DNA of 64,000 bases from Spirochaetales bacterium (GCA_027451945.1 DAIDHT010000018.1:499-64498), one strand, 5' to 3'. Shown: positions 1 through 10,045, counted from the stretch's first letter. Numbers and translations are program-made. The notes: generated from the letters alone by a model not told the origin.

Positions 1-816
1 GTCGCCGGATGGGTGGCTGAACACACCACACCTGTTCTCATTCCGGATGTAACGAGTGATCAGCGTTTTCATGCCGGGATCGATGAAGTCTCAGGGTTTG
101 TCACGCAATCGATCATTGCCGTTCCGCTAGTCAATGAAGGTGAATCTTACGGCGTCATTGAATTAATTAACAAACTTAATGAATCGTCTTTTGATAATAA
201 CGATCTATTGGTTTTACAAACGATTGCTGACTTTGCTGCTATCGCCATCGAACGTGCTTACTATTTGCGCTCGGTCCAACGACTTGCCCTCACCGACGTC
301 TTAACCGGCTTACCAAACCGTCGTGCCTTCGAACGCGCTCTTGACCGAGAAATTGAAAAAACCCGTCGAACGTCGTCGGTATTTTCACTGTTGCTGATTG
401 ACGTAGACAAATTTAAAAGAATCAACGATCAATTTGGCCACAGCGCTGGCGATGAAAGCCTAAAAGCTGTTGCCCAGATTTTGTTCAAGAACAGCCGAAA
501 AGTTGATGTCTGTGCGAGGATGGGTGGCGATGAATTTGCGATCCTATTGCCAGACACCCCTGAAGAAAACGCCCAAGCGTTAGTTGCACGGATCAACGAG
601 GCGTTAAGTCTCCACAACAAGAACGCTTCGATACCGCTGTCCCTGAGTATTGGCGCAAGAATGGTTGATAAACTTAACCCCGAGCATATTCTCGCCGATG
701 CTGACTCTGCTATGTATCGTGCCAAGGCCAAAGATAATTTGTCGCTTGATGATTCTGTAAAGATAGAGTCAGCCCTTGAAGGGTGGATGGAAGGGAAGTC
801 AGACCTTCGGGACTAA
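1..816 (+). CDS. GAF-GGDEF diguanylate cyclase, 5' partial. The reading frame is open from base 1; the ORF track start at 13 is an internal GTG.
   Basis: N-terminal GAF-like segment (AGWVAEHTTPVLIPDVTSDQRF). GGDEF domain with RxxD/GGDEF signature (ARMGGDEFAIL). Frame continues to the window edge. Confidence 0.8.
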   Translation, partial: VAGWVAEHTTPVLIPDVTSDQRFHAGIDEVSGFVTQSIIAVPLVNEGESYGVIELINKLNESSFDNNDLLVLQTIADFAAIAIERAYYLRSVQRLALTDVLTGLPNRRAFERALDREIEKTRRTSSVFSLLLIDVDKFKRINDQFGHSAGDESLKAVAQILFKNSRKVDVCARMGGDEFAILLPDTPEENAQALVARINEALSLHNKNASIPLSLSIGARMVDKLNPEHILADADSAMYRAKAKDNLSLDDSVKIESALEGWMEGKSDLRD

Positions 817-868
817 AGGCAAAAACTTTTTGATCGACAGAATAAGCAAAAAGTGCTAATTTTTTTAC

Positions 869-2023
869 ATGTTTTCGTTTTCATCTATCAACAAGATTGC
901 CAAGTCTGGGCCTAAAGCCTTGTTTCTTTTGGGTTTAGTCCTACTTAGCTTGAATGTTACGTCATGCCCAACCCCCACAGCTTTATCGGATTCAAAATAT
1001 AAAGTAACGTACGTATCAAATGGTGCTACCAGCGGTACTGTTCCTATCGATATAAACTCCTACAACCCCGGAGCCTCCGTGACTGTCTTGGGTAACACCG
1101 GCGGTTTAGCCCTGGCAGGTTCAACTTTTGTCGGGTGGAACACCCAAGCCAATGGTTCAGGGACGTCGTACACGGCAGGCGCAACCTTGACCATGGGCAG
1201 TGCCAATATTGTCCTTTATGCCATTTGGACTACTCTCCCTACCTACACAATCTCTTACAATTCCAACGGTGCCACCAGCGGCACTGCCCCAACGGATTCG
1301 AACAACTATCTTTCGGGAGACATTGCCACAGTTCAGACCAACTCGGGTTCACTGGCCCGCTCCGGTTTTACCTTCGCCGGGTGGAATACTCTCGCTAATG
1401 GGACAGGAACTCCATACACAGGTGGCTCGACCCTTACCATGGGCAGTGCCAATGTAATCCTTTATGCGGTCTGGACCACGCAACCAACCTATACTGTCAC
1501 TTACAATTCCAACGGTGCCACCAGTGGCACTGCTCCCACCGATTCTAACAGCTACCTTTCAGGAGCCAACGCCACAGTTCTCACCAACTCAGGCTCACTT
1601 GCCCGCACTGGGTACGCATTTGCTGGCTGGAACACCCAGGCCAATGGTTCAGGCACTTCGTACCAACCGGGATCCACCCTGTCCATTGCCAGCGCCAACG
1701 TTACGCTGTATGCCTCGTGGACAAACTCCAACACAGGCACCATAACCATCAGTAACCCAATTACCTACACGGTCAGTATTGCAGGACCGTCCACAGTCTA
1801 TGTGGGAGTGGCCGCCACCTTTACCTCTACGTATACCGGTAGTCCGCAAAGTTACCAATGGTACTTGGACGGTACGCCACTTTCAGGCGCGACCACGGCG
1901 AGCCTTAGCCTCACACCAACGGCCACGACTGGTAACTTCGGTCTGAACCAACTGATGCTCGTTATCACCGATGCCAACGGGTTAACTTACTCTGGCTCAC
2001 TGTCAATGACGCTTAGCAATTAG
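869..2023 (+). CDS. Secreted/lipoprotein with three tandem ~87-aa Listeria-Bacteroides-type (flg_new-like) repeats and a C-terminal Ig-like domain
   Basis: Signal peptide with Cys (LSLNVTSC). Three near-identical repeats of the form TYT(I/V)xYNSNGATSGTAPTDSNxYLSG...FAGWNTxANGxGTxYxxGxTLTMGSANxxLYAxWT. Confidence 0.6.
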   Translation: MFSFSSINKIAKSGPKALFLLGLVLLSLNVTSCPTPTALSDSKYKVTYVSNGATSGTVPIDINSYNPGASVTVLGNTGGLALAGSTFVGWNTQANGSGTSYTAGATLTMGSANIVLYAIWTTLPTYTISYNSNGATSGTAPTDSNNYLSGDIATVQTNSGSLARSGFTFAGWNTLANGTGTPYTGGSTLTMGSANVILYAVWTTQPTYTVTYNSNGATSGTAPTDSNSYLSGANATVLTNSGSLARTGYAFAGWNTQANGSGTSYQPGSTLSIASANVTLYASWTNSNTGTITISNPITYTVSIAGPSTVYVGVAATFTSTYTGSPQSYQWYLDGTPLSGATTASLSLTPTATTGNFGLNQLMLVITDANGLTYSGSLSMTLSN

Positions 2024-2033
2024 GGAGTTATGT

Positions 2034-4502
2034 ATGTTGCGCTTACCTGTTACCCTTACTTTAATTTTGCTCTCGCTTGTGTTAGGAGCCTGTCAGAACC
2101 CAATCAGCAAAGCAGCGTCACCTGGTGTTACGATTGTTTGGTCCACAAACCCTCGAACCATCCTCCCAGCCAATTTTCCCACGCCGACGACTTATTCTGT
2201 TACCCTAACGCCCGCCAAGGGTTCGGCGGTTACTCAAACAGGACTAACGACTTCTAGTTGGACGTTTAAAAACCTCACCCCGGCGGTCTACTCGATTCTG
2301 GTTCAAGGGTTGGATAGTTCAGGTTCTGTAATTGCTCAAGGGACCTCGTCTGTCGATACAACGACAGGGTCTACCACTACCGCCTTGGTTACTTTGAGCT
2401 ATTTGTCGAGCGGCAGTGGAACAGGGCAGATCCATTTAACGTTGAATTTTCAGACCACAGGTTTTACGCCGACAGCTGCCTCCTTGACTCTAACAACGCC
2501 AACGGGTCAAGTTCTCAACCCAACACTAACGTTAAGTGGTTCAACCTATACGTATAGTAATACCACAGCCTCGGTAGGGTCCTATCAAATGACCGCAGTT
2601 TTAGTGAATGGCAATGCCAAGGCCCTCCAGACAAGCTCGTTGTTGGTTTTTCAAGGTTTAGATTCTGCGGCGACCCTGAACTTTCAAGCCTCGGACTTCA
2701 ACATTCCCTTTAAAAATCTTACGTTTCAAAATACCCGGTCTACTTCAGATATTTATCCGTACCTAACTTCCCTCGCTTTTGACCCGGCCTCACAAATTCT
2801 TTGCGCTGGAACTAATGGTGTAGGCTTACTCTTGTCTACCAACGGAGGTACGAGTTGGACCAACATTACCACCAACAACGGGTTAAGAAATAATTATGTC
2901 CAAGCCGTTGCCGTTTCAGGAACGACAATTTACGTAGGAACCAATGGTGGGGGCTTATCAGTCTCTTTAAACGGAGGCTCCACCTGGACCACCTACACCA
3001 CGGCTAATGGCCTGGCAGGCAACTCTGTCTCTTGCCTCGCGGTTTCAGGTTCGACGTTGTATGTCGGCACCTATGGGGGTGGGGTATCCATCACCACCAA
3101 CGGCGGGGCCAACTGGTTCAATGCCGTAAACTCGACCGCCACGACCAGCCTAGCGAGTAACGAAATCAACGCCCTGGCGGTTTCAGGCTCAACCCTGTAT
3201 GCCGCAACTCAAGGCTCGGGAATTTCAGTCTCCACCAATGGCGGCTCGACTTGGACAACCTACAATAACGCCACCAACGGCTTGGCAAGCGATTATGTTT
3301 CTGGATTAGCAGTTTCGGGTTCGACCCTCTACGCCGCCACGCAAGGGGGTGGCCTTTCGGTTTCAACCAACGGAGGCACCAGTTGGACCAACTATACCAC
3401 CACCAACGGTTTGGCCAGCAACCAGCTTAATAGTATCACCGTGGTGGGGAGCACACTTTACGCCGCAACCTTGGACGGTGGTCTGTCGGTTTCAACCAAC
3501 GCCGGCACCAGTTGGACAACGTACAATACCAGCAGTGGGTTAGCTAATAACGATATAACTGGTTTCGCAGTATCGGGGAGCAACCTGTATGCCGCAACGT
3601 TCGGGGGTGGCTTTGCTTACTCATCCAATAGCGGAAGCACGTGGACGGTCGAGCAAGATATCTCGGCCCTGAGCAGCAATACAGGAAATGCGGTCACTTT
3701 CTCGGGTAGTAACCTGTATGCCGCTACCGCCAACGGGTTGCTGGTCTCGACCAACAGCGGTTCTAGCTGGTCCCAGTTTGGCACAGGGGGTCCAGAAAAC
3801 ACCTGGGTATATGCGCTTCAAGTTGCCAACTCGGCGATTTATGCCGGCACCGCCAAGGGGCTTTTTATCTCGCTCGATGGGGGAACAACCTGGACTGCGT
3901 ATACCACAACAAATGGCTTAGCCAGCAACCAAATTACCGCACTTTTGGTGAACGGGACTACACTTTATGCTGGAACGCAGACGGGGGGTCTTTCTATCTC
4001 AACTAATAGTGGATCCACCTGGACAACCGTCACGACAGCAAATGGGCTGGGGAGTAACGACGTAACGGGCTTGGCGCTTTCGGGAACGACTGTCTATGCG
4101 GCCACCTACGGCGGGGGACTTTCGTATTCCTCAAACGGCACCAGTTGGGCCACCTACACCACCGCCAATGGTTTGCCGAGTAACAATCTTACCGGTGTCG
4201 TGGTAGCGGGGAGTAACCTCTATGTTCCCACCCAAGCCGGGTTGTCAGTTTCAACGAACTCAGGTACGTCGTGGACAACCCTGACGGGCTTACCCAGCCT
4301 CAATATCGCTTCGGTGACTGTTTCGGGATCGACAATTTATGCCTCTACCAATGCAGGTCTAGCACTTTCAAGTAATGCAGGGCTGAATTGGCAAACCTAT
4401 ACAACGATCAACGGCTTGGGAAGTAATACTGTTAACAGTGTCTTCGTCAACGGCAGTACCATTTACGCCGCGACCGCAGGCGGCATAGCCATTTCGCAAT
4501 AG
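2034..4502 (+). CDS. Asp-box (BNR-like) beta-propeller repeat surface lipoprotein
   Basis: RBS GGGAG and ATG lie 10 nt after the upstream stop. Signal peptide plus lipobox (LGACQNP). About 13 repeats of ~47 aa, each containing an S-x-[ND]-x-G-x-[ST]-W Asp-box (SVSTNGGTSWT) and an AVSGSTLYA motif. Confidence 0.6.
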   Translation: MLRLPVTLTLILLSLVLGACQNPISKAASPGVTIVWSTNPRTILPANFPTPTTYSVTLTPAKGSAVTQTGLTTSSWTFKNLTPAVYSILVQGLDSSGSVIAQGTSSVDTTTGSTTTALVTLSYLSSGSGTGQIHLTLNFQTTGFTPTAASLTLTTPTGQVLNPTLTLSGSTYTYSNTTASVGSYQMTAVLVNGNAKALQTSSLLVFQGLDSAATLNFQASDFNIPFKNLTFQNTRSTSDIYPYLTSLAFDPASQILCAGTNGVGLLLSTNGGTSWTNITTNNGLRNNYVQAVAVSGTTIYVGTNGGGLSVSLNGGSTWTTYTTANGLAGNSVSCLAVSGSTLYVGTYGGGVSITTNGGANWFNAVNSTATTSLASNEINALAVSGSTLYAATQGSGISVSTNGGSTWTTYNNATNGLASDYVSGLAVSGSTLYAATQGGGLSVSTNGGTSWTNYTTTNGLASNQLNSITVVGSTLYAATLDGGLSVSTNAGTSWTTYNTSSGLANNDITGFAVSGSNLYAATFGGGFAYSSNSGSTWTVEQDISALSSNTGNAVTFSGSNLYAATANGLLVSTNSGSSWSQFGTGGPENTWVYALQVANSAIYAGTAKGLFISLDGGTTWTAYTTTNGLASNQITALLVNGTTLYAGTQTGGLSISTNSGSTWTTVTTANGLGSNDVTGLALSGTTVYAATYGGGLSYSSNGTSWATYTTANGLPSNNLTGVVVAGSNLYVPTQAGLSVSTNSGTSWTTLTGLPSLNIASVTVSGSTIYASTNAGLALSSNAGLNWQTYTTINGLGSNTVNSVFVNGSTIYAATAGGIAISQ

Positions 4503-4527
4503 AGGTCCAAGTGTCGAAAGGGAAGCT

Positions 4528-5874
4528 TCAGTGCGCCTGACCTTCCTCGGCTTGAAGGGCCTGATCGTACGTCGCTTCGTCTAATGGGTAGCGAAATAGC
4601 AAAAGGCCTGCTCCTAAAAATAAAAACGCAGGGACGGGGCCGGCGAGGGTTTGAATCGCCGCCAAGGCGGACCCTATTTGACTGTGATCGGCGACATAAC
4701 CCGACCAAGCCAACACCAAACCCGACAGTCCGACGGCGCTCATCTGTGCTAATTTCAACGAAAAATTCCACAAGCCGTAATGAGCGCCTTCTTCTCGCCG
4801 CCCGGTTTGCCTCGCCATGACTTCAATCGCATCCGGCAACAAGGCATAGGGCGGTGCGTAACTAAAACCTAACCCGATACCGGCAAGGGCCATCACGCCC
4901 TCGACAAACCCGGCACCGCAGGATTTTCCGAACAACCAAACCAAGGTTGCCGCGACCATGAGGAACAACATTGCCAACTGGTAGGCCCTCACCTTGCCCC
5001 AGCGTTTAGCAAAAAGCACACTGAAAGGAATCGAGACTGCCGCCACCAACATCAGGCTCAACATCCCGATCGTGGTCCCCGCTTCATCGTGCAGGACGTA
5101 TTTGAACAAATACACCATACTGCCCGAAAGAAAGGTGATCCCGAGAATATGTACAGTGTAAGCCCCTAGCAAGAGGCGGTACGGTCGGTTTTTCCAAACA
5201 CCCAACCAACTGCGCCACAAGGGTTCGCCCTCGACCACAGCGGGAACGGCGCGCTCCCGAACACTCAGACCGGTGATCAGAGTAGACACCGCAACAATTC
5301 CCCCAAAGATCAGCCCTACCAAACGAAAGCCCGCTTCGTGATTATGCGGAAAGAAGTGAAGGATGGGTTGAACTAAAGCGGCACCACAAATGGTACCCAG
5401 AATAGCAAAACCAAACCGGTACCCGTTAAGCGAGGTTCGCTCATGGTAGTCGGTCGTCATTTCGGGCGTGAGGGCGCCATAAGGGATATTCACTAAACTA
5501 AACGCCGTGCTCAACAGAGCAAAGAGAAGAATCGCCCACCAAAACAACACCAGCGGAACGGTTGTCTTGGGTGCCGAGAAGAAAAGCGCTAGAATAACGC
5601 CCACGGGGATAGCCCCCAACAGCATATACGGCCGCCTTCGCCCCCAACGTGTCTTGGTTCGGTCACTGAGAAGCCCGATCATGGGGTCGGCAAACGCATC
5701 CCACAGTCGGCCTACCGCAAGAGCAAGCCCAGCTAACCCTGCCGCCAGCCCCACGGTATCCGTTAAGTAGTTTAATGCCCAAAAGGAGATCGCCGTAAAA
5801 AACAAATTGCCACCGAGATCGGCTACCCCAAAGCCCAGCTTGGTACGTACTGAAAGCTTCTCAGACATTAACAA
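4528..5874 (-). CDS. MFS transporter of the glycoside-pentoside-hexuronide:cation symporter (GPH) family
   Basis: 12-TM profile. GPH-like N-terminus (KLGFGVADLGGNLFFTAISFWALNYLTDTVGL...GLLSDRTKTRWGRRRPYML). Confidence 0.75.
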   Translation of the reverse strand: MLMSEKLSVRTKLGFGVADLGGNLFFTAISFWALNYLTDTVGLAAGLAGLALAVGRLWDAFADPMIGLLSDRTKTRWGRRRPYMLLGAIPVGVILALFFSAPKTTVPLVLFWWAILLFALLSTAFSLVNIPYGALTPEMTTDYHERTSLNGYRFGFAILGTICGAALVQPILHFFPHNHEAGFRLVGLIFGGIVAVSTLITGLSVRERAVPAVVEGEPLWRSWLGVWKNRPYRLLLGAYTVHILGITFLSGSMVYLFKYVLHDEAGTTIGMLSLMLVAAVSIPFSVLFAKRWGKVRAYQLAMLFLMVAATLVWLFGKSCGAGFVEGVMALAGIGLGFSYAPPYALLPDAIEVMARQTGRREEGAHYGLWNFSLKLAQMSAVGLSGLVLAWSGYVADHSQIGSALAAIQTLAGPVPAFLFLGAGLLLFRYPLDEATYDQALQAEEGQAH

Positions 5875-6010
5875 CTCCCTCCGCCACAGGTTGCCCCGGC
5901 CGCTTCACGGCAAGAATCGCAGATCACAACGCCCCACACAGGCTCTGCCGTACAGCCGCAAAGCAGGCATTTGTCAGAGTTCACCTTGTCAGATTTGGCA
6001 TTGTCGGCGT

Positions 6011-6517
6011 TCAAAAGCCTACTCCAGGAACTTTTCGGGGGCGCCGAAAACGGGCCAAGCCCATATTGCGAACTTGCGCGGTATGATAGGTATCGTGAGG
6101 CGGAATCCATAGTAAGGCTTCGCTGAGCGTGCAGTCCCAGGCAGGAAAAGGATCATTAAGATGACTCGCATCAAGCCCGCGAACCGTTACTGTGAACGCC
6201 TCATGCACCTTCTCGGCATAGCCCAGGGCCGAACTCCAAGCTTGCGGTGAAACATCGGGAATGGGAGGAAAGCTCCCCTCCTGCCAGGGGTAAGGGTCAC
6301 AACCAGCCGATTGGCCGAGGTGTCGAACAATCGCGTATTTAAAGAAGATGCAATGAACAAGATTGTCCCAGGCAGAGTATCCTTCAATGGTTTTACGGTC
6401 AGCCGCCTCTTCGGGGGTTAACTGCCGCAAAGTTTCCATCAGGGATTGGCCGTTGAATGTGTGCCCGCGGAACTCACGGTCGGCCATCTCGGCTAAAAGT
6501 TGTAGATCTGGGGTCAC
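6011..6517 (-). CDS. DinB/YfiT-like (DinB_2 superfamily) protein
   Basis: ~168 aa with the His-containing helices typical of the DinB_2 fold (HCIFFKYAIVRH ... HDTYHTAQV). Confidence 0.45.
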   Translation of the reverse strand: MTPDLQLLAEMADREFRGHTFNGQSLMETLRQLTPEEAADRKTIEGYSAWDNLVHCIFFKYAIVRHLGQSAGCDPYPWQEGSFPPIPDVSPQAWSSALGYAEKVHEAFTVTVRGLDASHLNDPFPAWDCTLSEALLWIPPHDTYHTAQVRNMGLARFRRPRKVPGVGF

Positions 6518-6599
6518 AAAGCCTCCCTGTCAGGCGTTCGCCAGAACTCTATTATGCGCTGACTTACGCCACGAGGCAAGTTGTGGCTTTTAATTTCTG

Positions 6600-7166
6600 C
6601 TAGAACCGGTACCCAACAAGTATTCCCCCGTCGTAAGCCAGGTTGTACGGATAGGTGTTGAGGTCGGTATAATTGTTCGCTGGCTGGGCCACAAAAACGG
6701 GTTTTCCTACGGCAAAGTTCAAATCAATGTCAAACTGACCCAAGATCCACTTATAGCCTAAACCACCCTCAAGAGGAACAGTGAGGATGGTCGAGTTTGT
6801 GCCTAAAACATTCACCGTAAAACTCGTTACCCCCGTCTCGACTAAGAGATAAACTCCATTGCGGTACAATTGGGGATACATCCGAACTTCCGCCAAAAGG
6901 CCATAACCAGAAAAGGCGAACGCTGTTAACGAACCAAGAGTTTGCGAAAAGTCAAAAAAGTTAGCCTTGATACCCAACGAGGTAAAGCCGTCGGCGGCAA
7001 GGTTAGTTTCAAACCGTAGGCTATAATCGCCAACAAGGAGGCCAAGCAAATTGGTGTCGATTTCGCTGGCTTTTTTAAGGCCAGCGGGAACTTTGGCGAC
7101 GTCTTGTCCGTACGAAAAGCTCACTACCGAACAAAGGATCAAGAGAACGACCAAGGAATTTTTCAT
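6600..7166 (-). CDS. Small outer-membrane beta-barrel protein (tandem paralog 1)
   Basis: Signal peptide, alternating amphipathic beta-strands, C-terminal GYRF with terminal Phe. Confidence 0.6.
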   Translation of the reverse strand: MKNSLVVLLILCSVVSFSYGQDVAKVPAGLKKASEIDTNLLGLLVGDYSLRFETNLAADGFTSLGIKANFFDFSQTLGSLTAFAFSGYGLLAEVRMYPQLYRNGVYLLVETGVTSFTVNVLGTNSTILTVPLEGGLGYKWILGQFDIDLNFAVGKPVFVAQPANNYTDLNTYPYNLAYDGGILVGYRF

Positions 7167-7185
7167 CGATTATTGCGCTAGCACC

Positions 7186-7743
7186 TTAGAACCGGTACCC
7201 AACCAGCAATCCACCGTCGAAGGCTAAATTAAAGGGATAGGAATTGAGGTCCACGATATTGTTCGCCGGCTGATTGACATACACTTGTTTCCCAGCGGCA
7301 ACGTTTAAATCGATATCAAACTGGCCAATGTTCCATTTATACCCCAAGCCCCCTTCGAACGGAATACTGCCTAAGGTGACTGAACCTGTGCTGTCTGAAA
7401 TTGTCGACCCCACATAGCCGGTTTCAACCAACAAATAAAAGCCATCGCGGTACCGAGCCGGGTAAAGCCTAAGGTCTCCCATCACGCTGTAGCCGGTGTC
7501 TGTCAAAGAGGTCCCCGACACGGTGTTAGAATTGAAGCTCGCCTTGATACCCACCGAGGTAAAGCCGTCGGCGGCAAGATTCGTCTCAAAGCGCAAGGTG
7601 TAATACCCAACAAAGAGCCCAATAAAATTGGTGTCGATTTCGCTGGCCTTTTTTAAGCCTTCAGGAATTTTTTTCGCCTCTTGCGCATACGCAATGGTTG
7701 CAGAAACAAGGAGAAGTAAAACTATTCCCAGAGATTTTTTCAC
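7186..7743 (-). CDS. Small outer-membrane beta-barrel protein (tandem paralog 2). Probable GTG start at 7743 preceded by GAGG; the ORF track extends to 7821.
   Basis: Paralog of 6600..7166, with the same EIDTN...LRFETNLAADGFTS...LVGYRF architecture. Confidence 0.55.
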   Translation of the reverse strand: MKKSLGIVLLLLVSATIAYAQEAKKIPEGLKKASEIDTNFIGLFVGYYTLRFETNLAADGFTSVGIKASFNSNTVSGTSLTDTGYSVMGDLRLYPARYRDGFYLLVETGYVGSTISDSTGSVTLGSIPFEGGLGYKWNIGQFDIDLNVAAGKQVYVNQPANNIVDLNSYPFNLAFDGGLLVGYRF

Positions 7744-7926
7744 GTTTTTGCCTCGCTTTGAATTAACGTTGTAAATTACGGTCGTGTTCAACACAGTAAG
7801 GCCGCAGTCTTTGGTTGTCAATTAAAAACTTTTTTGAAGCGAAACCTTTTTGGTTGCCGTCTTTAGGGTTAAGCACGGACCGACAAAAACCTACCGGCGT
7901 GACAAAACCTTTGTGGAGGTACCGCG

Positions 7927-8577
7927 ATGGTACACGTTGCCTTTTTTAAACGCGCGATCGGAACTCAAAAAATTACTTTTGCCCGCCAAATCAACAAGAA
8001 CAAGATGTCCTTCGAAGACGTCTTGGCTCTCATGGGCAAACGAACCAGCCTTTCCGAGGCCGATATGCGTTCGGTGTTTGCCCATTTTTGCGAACACTTG
8101 GTGTCGTTCTTACCAAAGGGGCACACAATCCAAACTCCCCTCGGGGTCTTTTCGCTGGGTGTCAACCCCGAAAAGCTACGACTGCGCCTGCGCTGCAAAA
8201 GAGCCTTAGTGAACCGCCTCAAGGAGGCGACAACATTACGCTTGGTCGAAACCCCAGCGGTTCCCCTTCCTACCATTTTTCGCGCTCTACCCACCGAAAG
8301 TGAGGGTCTTAATCAGGGAATCCCCGGCGAAGTCCTGCACCTGATCGGGTTGCGCTTAAAATTTTCTCCCCATGATCTGACCTCCGGGGTCTTTTTCATC
8401 GACAGCGCAGGAGCCGAAACCCGAGCCACCGTGTACTGCCGCATTGCCAAAAAGGTGGTGGATATTAAAGTTCCTTTGGTCGGGCCCGGGGCCTACCGGT
8501 TAGAAGTCCGTACAACCTCTTTGAGCAAGGCCTTGCGTTCTGGACAGCTCGAGGCAAGTTTTACGGTTTTATCCTGA
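7927..8577 (+). CDS. HU-like DNA-binding domain protein with a C-terminal beta-rich domain (Bacteroidetes-type HU / DUF4469-like)
   Basis: SD GGAGGT 7 nt upstream of ATG 7927. N-terminal segment resembles the HU-HIG fold (SFEDVLALMGKRTSLSEADMRSVFAHFCEHLVSFLPKGHTIQTPLGVFSLGV). Confidence 0.4.
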   Translation: MVHVAFFKRAIGTQKITFARQINKNKMSFEDVLALMGKRTSLSEADMRSVFAHFCEHLVSFLPKGHTIQTPLGVFSLGVNPEKLRLRLRCKRALVNRLKEATTLRLVETPAVPLPTIFRALPTESEGLNQGIPGEVLHLIGLRLKFSPHDLTSGVFFIDSAGAETRATVYCRIAKKVVDIKVPLVGPGAYRLEVRTTSLSKALRSGQLEASFTVLS

Positions 8578-8602
8578 CCCTTTATCTCGGTCTGCTGTCG
8601 TC

Positions 8603-10045
8603 TTAAATTTCCTTTTTCGGGATCGTACTCTCATTTCCGTCTCTATAGGCTTGATAGTGGGGCGAAAGGATCTCGATACCAGCGTCACGACAAGAGTCTT
8701 GGATATTCTGGTGCAAGTCGGAGTAAAGCTGGGGGATTTGCTGAGGATGCCGCGTGGCGGCATTAAGCTGGTAGGCGACATAAAAGTCGTCGAGCGCGGT
8801 TTGCCAAACAAAAGGTTTAGGGTCTTGAAGTAGGCCTTCTGTTTTCAACGCGGCGTTCAGGAGGGCTTCATGAATCTTCCTCCAGGGAATGTCGTAACCC
8901 AAGGTCACCGTCGTATGCAGAAGTACAGGATTTTCTTTGGCTTTGGTGGAATAGTTAATAACTTTTCCCCCTAAGATGCTCCCATTGGGTATGCTTACCT
9001 CTTCATTTTTTATAGTCCGCAGGCGCGTGACTAATATACCTTTTTGCAAGACATCTCCCAGGGTGTCGCCCACTTGAATACGGTCCCCTAGCTGAAAAAC
9101 TCGTGAGTAGGTTAGCACAAGACCGGCTAAAGCATGGGATACCACCGACGACGAGCCCAACGAGATCAAAACGCCAACAAAAACAGAGACCCCTTGAAAA
9201 GCAGGGCTTGAGGCTCCCGGCAAAGACGGAAAAGCGATAATAAGAGCTAGCGCTAAGGTTAATAAGCGAAGCAATTGCCAGGTGGGGTACGCCCACTCCG
9301 GATAAAAGTGAGGCAACCGGATGTTTCCCTTTCCAATTTCTGAAAAGACAACCTTCATAATTTTCATAACAAAAAAGGCTACACCAGCAATGACAGCAAT
9401 GGTCAGTAAGTTGGGGCTGTAGGCAATAAAGTTTTGCAACACAACCTTTCCGGCATGAAGCATGGCATGCCAAACACCCAAAACAGTAGGCCTCGTGAAC
9501 GGCAAAAGTGTAAGGACTCCCGAAAGGTACAACACAAGAACTAACACATTTAGACTAACTTGAAGGGCCTTGCGAAGATTCTGTACAACCTTGACGACCT
9601 GCTCTTCAGATAAGAATTGAGCCCGCTGAAACTTCAGTGCTCGAAGCCGAAGGCCTTTTTCTTGTTGAATTTTCGCGGCGAGTTTCAACGAGTACCAATG
9701 AATTCCTTTAAAAAGCGCCACTAGCACGGCTGTGGCCCCGACTGCGCCTAGAAAGGATAGGAACATGAGACCTAGAGGAGTCTGCCAAAATCCGAAAAAA
9801 ACATTTAGCCAAACAGACAGAAGTTCCCGGCTGGCCTTGGGGACGCAAGCCGTACCAACGCCCAGCAAAACAAAGAGGCCCCGTGACAGGAACAGCCAAA
9901 GCTTTTTTGATCCAAGGAGTTTGGCTATTCGTCGCGAGAGAAACCAGCCCCCTCCGCAGACTAAGACGGCCAAGGGTAGCATCAGTAGCGGGTTGTTCAG
10001 AAGATTCTCAACCAAGGTTGTTTCCTTTTCTCCCATGAGGTTCAA
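8603..10045 (-). CDS. Mechanosensitive ion channel, MscS family
   Basis: Multiple N-terminal TM helices followed by the MscS beta domain (GDRIQVGDTLGDVLQKGILVTRLRTIKNEEVSIPNGSI). Confidence 0.8.
   Translation of the reverse strand: MNLMGEKETTLVENLLNNPLLMLPLAVLVCGGGWFLSRRIAKLLGSKKLWLFLSRGLFVLLGVGTACVPKASRELLSVWLNVFFGFWQTPLGLMFLSFLGAVGATAVLVALFKGIHWYSLKLAAKIQQEKGLRLRALKFQRAQFLSEEQVVKVVQNLRKALQVSLNVLVLVLYLSGVLTLLPFTRPTVLGVWHAMLHAGKVVLQNFIAYSPNLLTIAVIAGVAFFVMKIMKVVFSEIGKGNIRLPHFYPEWAYPTWQLLRLLTLALALIIAFPSLPGASSPAFQGVSVFVGVLISLGSSSVVSHALAGLVLTYSRVFQLGDRIQVGDTLGDVLQKGILVTRLRTIKNEEVSIPNGSILGGKVINYSTKAKENPVLLHTTVTLGYDIPWRKIHEALLNAALKTEGLLQDPKPFVWQTALDDFYVAYQLNAATRHPQQIPQLYSDLHQNIQDSCRDAGIEILSPHYQAYRDGNESTIPKKEI

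Noticed and set aside
5868-6110. 80-aa Cys-rich ORF (…CLLCGCTAEPVWGVVICDSCREAAGATCGGGSC) between the DinB-like gene and the MFS gene
   Set aside because: Its 5' two-fifths overlap the DinB-like CDS in another frame and it has no internal ATG. Only ~47 codons lie in truly intergenic DNA and no RBS is evident. It is likely a GC-rich frame artefact, though a small Cys-rich peptide cannot be excluded.
9003-9473. 156-aa Cys-rich ORF on the minus strand
   Set aside because: It lies entirely inside the MscS gene in a different frame, so it is an overlapping-frame artefact.
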